This document shows, piece by piece, positions 9,293-19,338 of a DNA stretch of 64,000 bases. The notes beneath the pieces are model-generated. The model searched no databases. It saw only the letters and a program-made list of their open reading frames with translations, and had not been told where the DNA came from. This stretch comes from an uncultured Treponema sp. (GTDB taxonomy: Bacteria; Spirochaetota; Spirochaetia; Treponematales; Treponemataceae): NCBI GenBank assembly GCA_905372235.1, contig CAJPOF010000002.1, positions 3,836-67,835 on the forward strand. The letters run 5' to 3'. Numbering within the stretch: the stretch's first letter is position 1; every line of letters starts with the position of its first letter. Made by a program: the position numbers and the translations under genes.

Positions 9293-10164
9293 TTTTGAAA
9301 CTTGTTCTTATATTCCGGAAAGTTTTTTTCAAGTTCCGCCCTAAGAAATTTTAAGTCCTCCCATGCAGGCTTTTTGTATTCGGGATTACGAAGGAGTGCG
9401 CTGGGATGGTAGGTTACGACCATCGGAACGTTTTGGTATTCAAGAAGCCGGAGTCTGTACGGCGAAAGCGAAAAATTTCCGTCTATTCCGAAAAGATTCC
9501 GTAAGGCGACTTTTCCAAGCGACAGTATGTACCTAGGCTTTAAAAGATGAATCTGCGTGTCAAGGAAGGCTCTGCAGGCATCCCGTTCTTCCTTCAAAGG
9601 GTCTCTATTGTGGGGCGGACGGCATTTTACCACGTTCGCTATGTAACAGTTTGCGTTCCTGTCAAGGCATATCGCATTCAGCATTTTGTCAAGGAGCTTT
9701 CCGGCAGGTCCTACAAACGGAAGACCTTGTTTGTCCTCCTCTTCGCCGGGACCTTCGCCTATTACAAGAACGTACGGATTTTCAACGCCCATTCCAAAGA
9801 CTGTGTTGTGCCTTGTTTGGCTAAGGGCGCAGTTTTGGCAGTCTTTTACTTTTTCTGAAAGTTTTTCAAGGCTCATGGAATTTTTTAAAGTCTGTTTGCC
9901 TGTGAAAGTTTTCTGCCCTTCATTCGCTAAAGGATTTTCTATATTTTTTTCAATATTGGAAGGCGACTTTTCTTTAGCGATTTCATTTTCGTTTTTTATC
10001 GGGAGTGCATAGCCGGATTTTTCATCGTTTTTTATCGGAGCTTGTTTTTGCTTGTCGTCGGAAAATACGGCTTTTTCCCTGAAATCCGGGGAGGAAAATC
10101 CGTATATTGAGCTTGATGCTGTTTTTAGAAGGTTGTATAAAAGCTCTTTTTCCTTGCAAGTCAT
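9289..10164 (-). CDS. family 4 uracil-DNA glycosylase with N-terminal extension
   Basis: [30 protein letters not shown]; probable ATG at 10164. Confidence 0.9.
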   Translation of the reverse strand: MTCKEKELLYNLLKTASSSIYGFSSPDFREKAVFSDDKQKQAPIKNDEKSGYALPIKNENEIAKEKSPSNIEKNIENPLANEGQKTFTGKQTLKNSMSLEKLSEKVKDCQNCALSQTRHNTVFGMGVENPYVLVIGEGPGEEEDKQGLPFVGPAGKLLDKMLNAICLDRNANCYIANVVKCRPPHNRDPLKEERDACRAFLDTQIHLLKPRYILSLGKVALRNLFGIDGNFSLSPYRLRLLEYQNVPMVVTYHPSALLRNPEYKKPAWEDLKFLRAELEKNFPEYKNKFQK

Positions 10165-10238
10165 TCTTTTAAGATACCATATATCTTGTAATTCGTTCAA
10201 CAAACATTTATTATTTAAAAAAGTGCTTTGAGGTCGCA

Positions 10239-11957
10239 ATGAGAATAAAAAAAGGTCTTTTTGTTTTTTTTATGTCCGTGCTGGTGTTGCGTTCGTTTGC
10301 CCAGGTTTCTGTAGATCCTGAGGAGGAGTTTTATGCGGATGCGGTGGGCTGGTATCTAAAGGGCTACATTGATTCTCTTCCGGTGTTGAAGCCTTATCCG
10401 CTGAACATAGTGAGAACTATGCTTTCTGCGGTGGCGGAGGTCGAAGACTCTTCCGAAGCGGAAAAGGCGCGCGGATATGCGGAAAAATACTTCGGGAAGG
10501 CGTGGAAAGTTTTTCTTGGCGCAAAATCGGACATAAAACTGAAGCAGATTGAATGGGGGGCGAACGGAAAGAAACCCACCTACCAGAACGACGGAATATT
10601 TTCAGGAATCGTGAATTTTTCCTCCGACGTTGAACTTGGAAAAAAAATCGGCTTTGGTTACAGCACGAATTTTCTCATAGAAAACAGCGGTCTTGAGTTT
10701 TCCGATGTTCTTCCAAGATATCTTACGAACAGTTCCCAGAACAAAATCAAGGATTTTTATTTTCCGACTGACAAAATCGAATTTATGGCGGATATGAACG
10801 GAAACATGACATTCGGGGACGAGCGCATGTTCGGTGTGATTGGATTCAACAAATTGGGTTACGGTCTTTATCAGAACGACAGCAATGTCCTTAATCCTAC
10901 CGCCTACCAGTCGCTGAACACTTCGTTCAATTATATCGGAAAGACTGTAAACTACACCCATGCGCTCATGGCGTTGGGCGCAAGAAATTTGAAGGACAAA
11001 AATGTCTATTCACTTGGAAAATTCATGGCTTTTCATGCGCTAAGGTTTTCGTTTTTGAAAAATGCGCTTTCTTTTTCGATTTTTGAGTCCGCAGTCTTCG
11101 GAAACGGCTTTGTACCTTTCTATCTTATGCCGACTCCGTTCGTTGTGGTCGCAAACGTGTCAGGCTTCAATGACAATGTGTTTTTCGGCACTGGCGTTGA
11201 ATGGAAACTTCTTCCGTGCGTGGCTTTTACGGCGGATGTGTACATCGACGACACAAAACTCGGAAAACTCATAAAACTGAAACCGGACGAGTCCGCCACA
11301 AGATGCGCTTTCAAGACCGGTCTTATATACACTCCGCTGAATTCTCCATGCTCAATGATTTCTTTGGATTATTCGCTTGTTACCCCATACACCTACACAT
11401 TCTTCACAACCCAGGATTCATCATACAATTTCCACGACTATACGAATTATGGTATAAACTTGGGTTCAAACCTTCCGCCCAATTCGGACAGGGTTGCGCT
11501 AAGGATTTCTTTCAAACCGTTGAAGGGTTTGAAAATCTTTTCCGACACGGCTTTGATTCGGCACGGAAACGCATACGAAAGCCTTTCCGACGAGGAAGTG
11601 ATTTCCTTGTTCACTGGAACGGATAACATTGTCTCGGACGGAGGCATAGGAATGTCCACCAAAGGCTTGGATTCTGCGCTTTCAAGGACAGGATTTTTGA
11701 AGCAGCCGAACATCAGCTATGTTGTGCAGGCGGGGCTTTCGTCTTCTTATGAATTTTCCTTCAAGAACAATATCCGCCTTTTTTTTGACGCAGGCTACAC
11801 ATTCGAATACATAAGGGGAGACGGAGTTGACTCGAACATATTTTCAGGTCCGTATTCTTCGGTAAACGATGTTCAGACGGCACGGAACGCATGGGTGGCA
11901 TCTCTGCACGATTCATACAATCATTATTTTTCGCTCAGCGCAAAAATCTTATATTAG
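10239..11957 (+). CDS. probable outer-membrane beta-barrel protein (Wzi-like)
   Basis: Signal peptide, alternating aromatic beta strands, PYTYT/LGSNLPPNSD segment, C-terminal aromatic beta signal (FSLSAKILY). Confidence 0.55.
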   Translation: MRIKKGLFVFFMSVLVLRSFAQVSVDPEEEFYADAVGWYLKGYIDSLPVLKPYPLNIVRTMLSAVAEVEDSSEAEKARGYAEKYFGKAWKVFLGAKSDIKLKQIEWGANGKKPTYQNDGIFSGIVNFSSDVELGKKIGFGYSTNFLIENSGLEFSDVLPRYLTNSSQNKIKDFYFPTDKIEFMADMNGNMTFGDERMFGVIGFNKLGYGLYQNDSNVLNPTAYQSLNTSFNYIGKTVNYTHALMALGARNLKDKNVYSLGKFMAFHALRFSFLKNALSFSIFESAVFGNGFVPFYLMPTPFVVVANVSGFNDNVFFGTGVEWKLLPCVAFTADVYIDDTKLGKLIKLKPDESATRCAFKTGLIYTPLNSPCSMISLDYSLVTPYTYTFFTTQDSSYNFHDYTNYGINLGSNLPPNSDRVALRISFKPLKGLKIFSDTALIRHGNAYESLSDEEVISLFTGTDNIVSDGGIGMSTKGLDSALSRTGFLKQPNISYVVQAGLSSSYEFSFKNNIRLFFDAGYTFEYIRGDGVDSNIFSGPYSSVNDVQTARNAWVASLHDSYNHYFSLSAKILY

Positions 11958-11959
11958 AC

Positions 11960-13141
11960 TTAGACGCTTTGCGCCACTTCTTTTCCAGCAAAATAGTGTT
12001 TTACGTCCCTTTTTTCGAACGCCTCTTCTATCATGCCGTCCGCTTCCATTTCGGCAAAGATTTTTTCTGCGTCCTCGATTCTTCCCCTGAGGACAGGATG
12101 TTTTGGTGAAAAAAGCACGCAGCAGTCTTCGTAGGGGAGTATCGACGTTTCGTACGAACCTATGAATTTTGCGTCCTTTACGATTTCTTCCTTATCCATT
12201 CCGACAAGAGGTCTCAAAAGCGGATATTCTGCAAAATGCTCCGTTACAGCCATGTTCTCAAGCGTTTGGCTTGCGACCTGCCCAAGGCTTTCTCCGGTGA
12301 TTATGCAGTCGGCGTGGACTCTGCGGCAAAGTAGATTCGCCGCCTTCATCATGCAGACCCTGAGGATAAGAGTCGTCCATTCTTCAGGGGATTTTTCCCT
12401 TATCCGCATCTGAACATCGGTGAAGGGAATTGTGTTCAGGTATGTCTCAAGTCCGTATGATGAAAGATTTCTTGCAAGCTCCTCGACTTTTTCCTGGGCT
12501 TCTTTTGATGTGTACGGGTACGAATGAAAATAAAGACATTCGATCCTCATTCCGCGTCTCATCATTCTGTAGCCCGCGACCGGAGAGTCAAGTCCGCCTG
12601 AAAGAAGAAGAAGCCCCTTTCCCGAAACTCCCACCGGAAGTCCTCGAGGAGATTTTTCGCTGTCCGAATAGACGAATACCCTGTCCCTCACTTCAACAAA
12701 GAAAGTTACGTTAGGCTTATGGACGTCAACTTCCATAAGCCCTGAGTCGAACACGTTTTTCGCTCCCTCTGCAGCTATTTGGTATGAATTAAGCGGAAAT
12801 GTCTTGTCCTGCCTTTTTGCCTCAATCTTGAATGTCTTTTTTCCTTTTAGAACCGCATCTTTTGCAAGGATTTCTATGCACGAGCGGATTTCTTCTATGC
12901 TTTTTCCGCATGTCATCGTCTTTGCCCAACCTGTTATCCCCACAAGATGAGTAAGAGCGAACTCCACTTCGGCACATTCTTTTTCATCGCAGTCTATGAA
13001 AAGCCTTCCTGCCCTGATTTTTATTTTTGCTGAAGTTTCTTTAAGATATTTTTTTGTGTTGTTCAACAGTTGGTTTTCAAAAGATTTTATGTTCGAGCCT
13101 TTTAACGTAAGCTCTCCGATTTTTCCTAAATAAGTAGCCAT
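11960..13141 (-). CDS. thiI: tRNA 4-thiouridine synthase (no rhodanese domain)
   Basis: GELTLKG, THUMP domain, LSGGLDSPVA PP-loop, GESLGQVASQT, EDCC. Confidence 0.95.
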   Translation of the reverse strand: MATYLGKIGELTLKGSNIKSFENQLLNNTKKYLKETSAKIKIRAGRLFIDCDEKECAEVEFALTHLVGITGWAKTMTCGKSIEEIRSCIEILAKDAVLKGKKTFKIEAKRQDKTFPLNSYQIAAEGAKNVFDSGLMEVDVHKPNVTFFVEVRDRVFVYSDSEKSPRGLPVGVSGKGLLLLSGGLDSPVAGYRMMRRGMRIECLYFHSYPYTSKEAQEKVEELARNLSSYGLETYLNTIPFTDVQMRIREKSPEEWTTLILRVCMMKAANLLCRRVHADCIITGESLGQVASQTLENMAVTEHFAEYPLLRPLVGMDKEEIVKDAKFIGSYETSILPYEDCCVLFSPKHPVLRGRIEDAEKIFAEMEADGMIEEAFEKRDVKHYFAGKEVAQSV

Positions 13142-13195
13142 AAAAAAACTATATCAGATTTATCGGCTTGTGTCTTTTGCTGGCACTTTTAGCTT

Positions 13196-14149
13196 TCAGT
13201 TTTTAGATTCTCTTAATTTTTCTATGATTTTGTTTCCTTTTTCAAGTCTTTCTATCAAGTCCCAATGAAAATCCAGGTCTTGATAGGAAAACAGGGACGG
13301 AGGGGATGGTTTTCGCCTTGAGTTTGCTTCTTTTACGATTTCAAGAAGTTTTTCTTTTGAATCTTCAGCCGCCCGTGAAAAATCGGCTTCGTCCAAAAAA
13401 AGAAGATGATTTTCGCTGTCCGTGTTCATAACGAACGGAGGGGCGGAAAATTTTTCTACGTTCCGGATTTTTTTCGATCTTCCCGATGTGCAGGAAAATG
13501 TTTTTCCTCCGGAAAAAATGTGCCTTTTTATAGTAAAAGTTTTTTCTCCGTCGGAAAAAGAAGCCTCCAGTTTTTCATCAAAATCCATGTTCGTTTCCCA
13601 GTACCTTAGCCTGTAGCACGAATCTTTAAGAATTATATAGGAATATATGTTGCCGTTCGTTTTTGTTTCACTCGTTCGAATCCCAAAAGAGGAATTTATT
13701 CCCTGCCAAAGCTCTCGGATTTCAGTGCTGCCATTGATCGAATCTTCTTTCCCGTCGATATGAATCAAAAAATTAAGATAAAGTTTGTCGTTCGACAACG
13801 CAACAGGAATTTTTTGGAAAGTTTTCCCGTTGCTTTTTAAAACCATCTCGTATGTGCCGAAGCCCTTTCCTTCAGGGATTTCTGCAAAATCTGCGCTTAC
13901 AATTGTCGCTTCTTTTGAACTTGCGGCGTTTCGTTCCCTTGTGCTTTCTTTTTCGAATCCCGGACTTTCGCTGGCTCTGTCAAAATACCATCCGTCATAA
14001 AGTTTTAGGACTATCGAAAAATCTCCGTTTTCTTCGATGAAAATATATCTGTCTTTTCCCTGCCATATTCCCGAAAATCCTTCAGGGACGGTTCCCCAAA
14101 CCAGAAAAGAAAATGAAAAGAAAATCGCAAAAAAAAGAATCTTCCGCAT
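13196..14149 (-). CDS. hypothetical exported protein
   Basis: 317 aa ORF with signal peptide; no recognised motif. Confidence 0.7.
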   Translation of the reverse strand: MRKILFFAIFFSFSFLVWGTVPEGFSGIWQGKDRYIFIEENGDFSIVLKLYDGWYFDRASESPGFEKESTRERNAASSKEATIVSADFAEIPEGKGFGTYEMVLKSNGKTFQKIPVALSNDKLYLNFLIHIDGKEDSINGSTEIRELWQGINSSFGIRTSETKTNGNIYSYIILKDSCYRLRYWETNMDFDEKLEASFSDGEKTFTIKRHIFSGGKTFSCTSGRSKKIRNVEKFSAPPFVMNTDSENHLLFLDEADFSRAAEDSKEKLLEIVKEANSRRKPSPPSLFSYQDLDFHWDLIERLEKGNKIIEKLRESKN

Positions 14150-14191
14150 GGTTTTATTATCGAACTTTTTAAAGTTTTTTCTGAATAGATA

Positions 14192-14245
14192 TTGACAGTT
14201 TCAATAGGTTAGCATAGACTAACCGCATAGTTAGTCTGTGCTAAC
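14192..14245 (+). promoter_or_regulatory. sigma70 promoter overlapped by two TTAG-N6-CTAA palindromes (DtxR-family operator candidate)
   Basis: TTGACA(14192)-N17-TAGACT(14215); GGTTAG-CATAGA-CTAACC (14207-14224) and GTTAG-TCTGTG-CTAAC (14230-14245). Confidence 0.7.
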
Positions 14246-14466
14246 GGATGAATTTTATGCATAAAAAATGCTGTTTGTTCTGCTTTTGGCTGAACAAAAT
14301 GTATGTTTTTTTCCTGTGCAAAAACCTTGACTAGACTATGCGTAAAATGTATATATACAGAAACTGCGATGTTCGGCATCGGAAACTTTTTTAAGTTTCG
14401 AATTGTCTTATTGCAGAGAACTATAAAAAGATGCGTTTACCGCATGATTTTCACGAGGAGGTTTCG

Positions 14467-14880
14467 ATGAAAAAGACAGTAGTCTATTCGACAACAACAG
14501 GAAACACAGAGGCAATGGCTAACGCTATTGTAGATGGCGCAAAGGCAAACGGAGACGATGTATCTATTTTCACTGCGGATTCAGCGGATAAGGATGCGGT
14601 TCTTGCCGCAGATATGATTTATTTGGGAAGTCCTGCAATGGGCAACGAGGTTCTTGAGGACACAATGGAAGATTTCTATGCAGGAATCGAATCTTCGCTT
14701 TCAGGAAAGAAAGTTGCGATATTCGGTTCATATGACTGGGGTGACGGTCAGTGGCTTCGTGACTGGGCTGAAAGGCTCAAGAATGCCGGCGCTCAGGTTG
14801 TAAACGGTGACGGTCTTATGGTAAATCTTACTCCTGAGGCTGACGGAATCGCTGAATGCGAGGCGCTCGGAAAACTATAA
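14467..14880 (+). CDS. short-chain flavodoxin
   Basis: YSTTTGNTEAMA FMN phosphate loop, GSPAMG, FGSYDWGDG; strong RBS GAGGAGG before ATG 14467. Confidence 0.93.
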   Translation: MKKTVVYSTTTGNTEAMANAIVDGAKANGDDVSIFTADSADKDAVLAADMIYLGSPAMGNEVLEDTMEDFYAGIESSLSGKKVAIFGSYDWGDGQWLRDWAERLKNAGAQVVNGDGLMVNLTPEADGIAECEALGKL

Positions 14881-14893
14881 TTTAGGCATCAAT

Positions 14894-14934
14894 TTTGAAA
14901 GGCAGGAAAATGCAGTTTCAATCCTGCCTTCAAA
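14894..14934 (+). terminator. stem-loop after flavodoxin
   Basis: TTTGAAAGGCAGGA...TCCTGCCTTCAAA inverted repeat, no clear U tail. Confidence 0.5.
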
Positions 14935-14964
14935 TCCATATCAATAAAAAGTTCCCGCTTTTAT

Positions 14965-15013
14965 CACGGAATTCTAAGTACAAGCTCCTATGTACAGAAT
15001 TCCGTGTTTTTTT
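14965..15013 (+). terminator. intrinsic terminator upstream of ileS
   Basis: CACGGAATTCT...AGAATTCCGTG stem plus T7. Confidence 0.75.
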
Positions 15014-15136
15014 GTCCGCATGAATTTCATTTTCAGTATTTTTTTTGATAATAGTTTTCCAACACATAGAATAATTGGAAATTTTACGCTATAATTCCGC
15101 AGTTTCAAACGCAATATTTTCAAAAGGAATTCATGC

Positions 15137-18100
15137 ATGAGTTATAAGCCTGTAGATTCTAAAGCAGACTTCCCGAAGCAGGAAGAAGAAATCTTGAGAT
15201 TCTGGAAAGAGAACGATACGTTCAAAAAGTCGGTTTCGCAGCGGGAGGGAGCGAAAGAGTACGTTTTCTATGACGGACCTCCGTTTGCGACGGGACTTCC
15301 GCATTTTGGACATTTCATTCCCTCTACTATAAAGGACATAATTCCCCGCTACAAGACAATGAAAGGCATGAAGGTAGAGCGTCGTTTTGGCTGGGATTGC
15401 CATGGGCTTCCGGTGGAGAATCTTATAGAAAAGGAGCTTGGAATAAACTCCAGGCATGAGATAGAGTCATACGGCATAGGAAACTTCAATGACAGGTGCA
15501 AGGCGTCGGTTCTAAAATATACGGCAGAGTGGCGTGAAACCATAACACGTATGGGACGCTGGGTTGATTTTGACAATGACTATAAGACCATGAGTCCCGA
15601 CTATATGGAATCCATTTGGTGGGTGGCAAAAGAACTTTGGGACAAGGGGCTTATCTATGAAGGAAAATACATTCTTCCGTATTGCCCAAGATGCGCCACA
15701 GTGCTTTCTACGCATGAACTTGCACAAGGCTACAAGGAAAAACAGGATCCTGCGGTTACAATAAAGTTCAGGGTGAAAAAAGCACCGCAAGGTATGGATG
15801 ATTCTTCGTTGGCGGACGGAAACACGTATTTTCTTGCATGGACAACGACTCCGTGGACTTTGCCGTCGAATCTTGGGCTTTGTATGGGTCCGGACATTGA
15901 TTACGTAAAGATTTTTGACAAGGAAAGCAAAGAAAACTTCATCATGGCAGAATCCCGTCTGGATTCCTATTACCGCAATGCGGATGAATATGAAATCATC
16001 TATAGGAAAAAAGGAAAGGATTTTGAAGGCGCAAGATATGAGCCGATATTCAACTATTTTTCTTATCTTGAGGATGCTTCAAAATGTTCTGAACAGACGG
16101 GTAAGCCTTGTTCTGAAGGAGCTTTCCGTGTGTTCCTTGCGGACTTTGTTTCCACGGAAGACGGAACGGGCATAGTCCACACAGCACCTGCGTTCGGAGA
16201 AGATGACAATAAACTCTTCGTTGGAACTGGAATTCCTGATGTTGAGCCCATCGATGCCGAATGTAAATTTACCGCTGAAGTCTCTGACTATGAGGGGCGT
16301 TTTGTAAAGGACTGTGACAAGGACATAATGGATCGCCTCAAGAAGGAAGGAAAACTCGTAAAGCGAGATACCGTGCTTCACCAATATCCGCACTGCTGGA
16401 GATGCGCTTCTCCTTTGATATACAGGGGAATCGGTTCGTGGTTCGTTAAGGTCCAGGACTACCATGAAAATCTTTTGAAGGCTAACGGAAAAATAAAATG
16501 GCAGCCGTCCCACATAAAAGACGGTCGTTTTGGAAAATGGCTTTCAGGCGCAAGGGACTGGGCAGTGAGCCGAAACCGCTATTGGGGAAACCCGATTCCA
16601 ATCTGGAGATGTGAAAATCCTGACTGCCATAACACTATCTGTGTAGGAAGCAGAAAAGAACTTGAGGAACTTTCCGGAACTTATCCCGAAGATTTGCACA
16701 AGCACTTTGTCGATAAGATAGAGATTCCGTGCAAAAAATGCGGAAAAACAATGCGAAGGATTTCCGAGGTATTTGACTGCTGGTTCGAATCCGGAAGCAT
16801 GCCATATGCCCAGCACCATTATCCTTTTGAGAACAAGGAATATTTTGAAAGTCATTTTCCCGCAGATTTCATCTCGGAAGGATTGGATCAGACCAGAGGC
16901 TGGTTTTACACATTGACGGTTCTTTCATCCCATCTTTTCGATGAGCCTGCATTCCAGAACTGCATAGTCAATGGGCTGGTTCTTGCATCCGACGGACGAA
17001 AAATGTCAAAATCGCTCAGAAATTATACTGATCCGGTTGAAGCGATAAATAAATTCGGTGCGGATGCGCTAAGGCTTTTCCTTATACATTCTGCCGTTGT
17101 GAAAGCGGATGACCTTAGGTATAGCGACGAGGGCGTTCGAGATGTGATAAAGAACATAATCCTTCCTCTGTGGAATTCGTACAGTTTCTTTGTAACGTAT
17201 GCGAACATAGACAAGGCTGAACCTTCCGGCCATCTTTTTGATGAAAAACTTCCTGCAAATCCGCTGGATGCATGGCTTATTTCCATCACGCAGAAACTCG
17301 TAAAGGATGTTACTTCAGGGCTTGACGACTATGACCTAAGCGGTGCCGTAGATCCGATCGTAAGGTTCATCGACGAGATGAACAACTGGTACATAAGAAG
17401 ATCCAGAAGACGTTTTTGGAAAAGCGAGAACGATTCTGACAAGGCGGAGGCATACGAGGCTTTGTACATCGCGCTGAAAACTTTCAGTCAGGTTGCCTCT
17501 CCGTTCATTCCGTTCATAACAGAGACCATATGGCAGAATCTCAAGACAACCGACGACAAGGAATCCGTACACCTTTCAGACTATCCTTCGTGCAACGATA
17601 AATGGCGCAACGAGGAACTTGAGTTCAAGATGGCGACAGTACAGAAGGCGGTTTCCATGGGGCGTTCGCTAAGAAATACATTCAATCTGAAAAATCGACA
17701 GCCGCTTTCTTCCGTGGCGTTGGTGACTAAAAACGAAAGTGAAAAGCGTGTTCTTGCCGAGATGGAAGATTCTATCCGGGAGGAACTGAACGTCAAAAAA
17801 GTCGAATTCCATGATCGTGAGGACGAACTTGTAGAATACAGATGCAAGGCGAATTTCAAGGTTTTGGGAAAGGAACTTGGCTCCAGGATGAAGAGTGCCG
17901 CCGCCGCAATCCAGGCTTTGAGTTCGGACCAAATTCAGTCGATTTTGGAAGGAACGAAACTTTCCTTGGACATCGAAGGAATTTCTGTGGAACTCGATTC
18001 GGATAAGATTCTTGTAGACAGGCTTGAAAAGGATGGGCTTAAAGTGCTGAACGATGGCACACTGACGGTGGGACTTGATTCTAAGATAAGCGATGAGCTT

Positions 18101-18355
18101 AGAAAAGAAGGATATGTGCGGGATCTTGTGAGAGGAATTCAGAATCTCAGGAAGGAAACCAGCCTGAATGTAACGGACAGGATAAAACTCTATGTCTCAG
18201 GTGATGATGAACTTGAAGGCGCTTTCCAGATGTTCAGGGATTTTATAGCCTGCGAGACCCTTTCAGTTTCTTTGGAATTCAAGAATTCGCTGCCGGATGG
18301 AACTCAGATAGAAGCCGACGACAGAAAATGGAGTATTTTCATTGAGAAAGCATAG
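15137..18355 (+). CDS. ileS: isoleucine--tRNA ligase (type 2)
   Basis: DGPPFATGLPHFGH, GWDCHGLP, WTTTPWTLP, GTGIVH, KMSKS; type-2 C-terminus (RKETSLNVTDRI). Confidence 0.97.
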   Translation: MSYKPVDSKADFPKQEEEILRFWKENDTFKKSVSQREGAKEYVFYDGPPFATGLPHFGHFIPSTIKDIIPRYKTMKGMKVERRFGWDCHGLPVENLIEKELGINSRHEIESYGIGNFNDRCKASVLKYTAEWRETITRMGRWVDFDNDYKTMSPDYMESIWWVAKELWDKGLIYEGKYILPYCPRCATVLSTHELAQGYKEKQDPAVTIKFRVKKAPQGMDDSSLADGNTYFLAWTTTPWTLPSNLGLCMGPDIDYVKIFDKESKENFIMAESRLDSYYRNADEYEIIYRKKGKDFEGARYEPIFNYFSYLEDASKCSEQTGKPCSEGAFRVFLADFVSTEDGTGIVHTAPAFGEDDNKLFVGTGIPDVEPIDAECKFTAEVSDYEGRFVKDCDKDIMDRLKKEGKLVKRDTVLHQYPHCWRCASPLIYRGIGSWFVKVQDYHENLLKANGKIKWQPSHIKDGRFGKWLSGARDWAVSRNRYWGNPIPIWRCENPDCHNTICVGSRKELEELSGTYPEDLHKHFVDKIEIPCKKCGKTMRRISEVFDCWFESGSMPYAQHHYPFENKEYFESHFPADFISEGLDQTRGWFYTLTVLSSHLFDEPAFQNCIVNGLVLASDGRKMSKSLRNYTDPVEAINKFGADALRLFLIHSAVVKADDLRYSDEGVRDVIKNIILPLWNSYSFFVTYANIDKAEPSGHLFDEKLPANPLDAWLISITQKLVKDVTSGLDDYDLSGAVDPIVRFIDEMNNWYIRRSRRRFWKSENDSDKAEAYEALYIALKTFSQVASPFIPFITETIWQNLKTTDDKESVHLSDYPSCNDKWRNEELEFKMATVQKAVSMGRSLRNTFNLKNRQPLSSVALVTKNESEKRVLAEMEDSIREELNVKKVEFHDREDELVEYRCKANFKVLGKELGSRMKSAAAAIQALSSDQIQSILEGTKLSLDIEGISVELDSDKILVDRLEKDGLKVLNDGTLTVGLDSKISDELRKEGYVRDLVRGIQNLRKETSLNVTDRIKLYVSGDDELEGAFQMFRDFIACETLSVSLEFKNSLPDGTQIEADDRKWSIFIEKA

Positions 18356-19259
18356 AAAATTTCATAAGGTGATTATTTTTTTAATCACCTTATTTTTTGC
18401 CTCCGCCGCACAGTTTTTCTTTTCGTGTAAATCAACTCCTTCTGTACTTTCTGAAGTGAACCCGCTTGAACTTATAGACGGTGAAAATCATTTTTTCATG
18501 AGCATCCCATATTCTGCAGATCCGTCTTTAATCTCTACACTGATTGAAAAAAATGTGGAGGGAATCGGGCAGGAGGAAGCCCGCATGGTTTCAAAGCGGG
18601 TGAGTGTACTGCATGTCGGAATGATTCGGTCAAAAAAATCCATCGATTTTCAGATTTCAGGAAAAGTTGATTTTCCGGCGATTCTGGTAAAAAAAGTGTT
18701 CACAAAGAAAAACGGTTTTGATGAAAGAAAGATGGACATGCCTGAGGTTTTTGGACTTCCTGCTTCATATTCTATTTACAGAAAAGATGGACTTGATATC
18801 TGTGTCCCCTCAGAAAAGATTGCGCTTTTGGGGCGTGGAGTTACAAAGATGCTGGAAAATTATCATGCGAAGGCTAACGGCATTTTTCTTGAGGCGAAAA
18901 ATCCGATTCCTGCGGAGATTTTTTCTTTCCTTAGTTCAGCCGAAGAGGATTCCTGCATGAAATTCTATGCATCCAAGCCGCAGAATTTTCTTTCAATGCT
19001 CACCGGAGCGAATCTTTCTTTGAAACTTGCTTATGTGCGAGGAACTATGGTTCAGGATTCCAACAACAAGGAGCAGTACAGGATGGATTTGGAATTCGAG
19101 TTTAAAGATCCACGGTTCATTCCTTTGGCAAAGGGAACGCTTTCTTTGGCTTTTGGACTTACGGATTCGGAAGTTTTCCTTCAGAGTCCGACAAATCTAA
19201 GAATATCAAACATAAAAATAGGAAAAGAGCCTCTGTATAGGCTTCTAATCATAAAATAG
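18342..19259 (+). CDS. hypothetical lipoprotein
   Basis: Basic N-terminus, hydrophobic stretch, FFFSC lipobox; overlaps ileS stop. Confidence 0.65.
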   Translation: MRKHRKFHKVIIFLITLFFASAAQFFFSCKSTPSVLSEVNPLELIDGENHFFMSIPYSADPSLISTLIEKNVEGIGQEEARMVSKRVSVLHVGMIRSKKSIDFQISGKVDFPAILVKKVFTKKNGFDERKMDMPEVFGLPASYSIYRKDGLDICVPSEKIALLGRGVTKMLENYHAKANGIFLEAKNPIPAEIFSFLSSAEEDSCMKFYASKPQNFLSMLTGANLSLKLAYVRGTMVQDSNNKEQYRMDLEFEFKDPRFIPLAKGTLSLAFGLTDSEVFLQSPTNLRISNIKIGKEPLYRLLIIK

Positions 19260-19338
19260 GTAAAGGCAAGGTTTGCGTCGCAGACCTAAAAACGTAAGCT
19301 GCGGATTGCAGAAGACTAAAAGTATATGGGAGTATGTG

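Noticed and set aside
9985..10042. Short duplication in udg (PIKNDEK / PIKNENE)
   Set aside because: Two imperfect ~16-nt copies in a variable linker; no array
13160..13167. GCCGATAA on minus strand upstream of thiI as sigma28 promoter
   Set aside because: No TAAA-like -35 at 15-16 nt; an extended sigma70 -10 closer to the ATG explains the region better
14940..15136. T-box riboswitch upstream of ileS
   Set aside because: Terminator present but no GGTGGNACCGCG T-box or specifier stem; more simply the flavodoxin terminator
15290..15320. IleRS as an acquired mupirocin-resistance gene
   Set aside because: Ordinary HxGH motif (HFGH), core context, no mobile flanks; type-2 IleRS is normal for spirochetes
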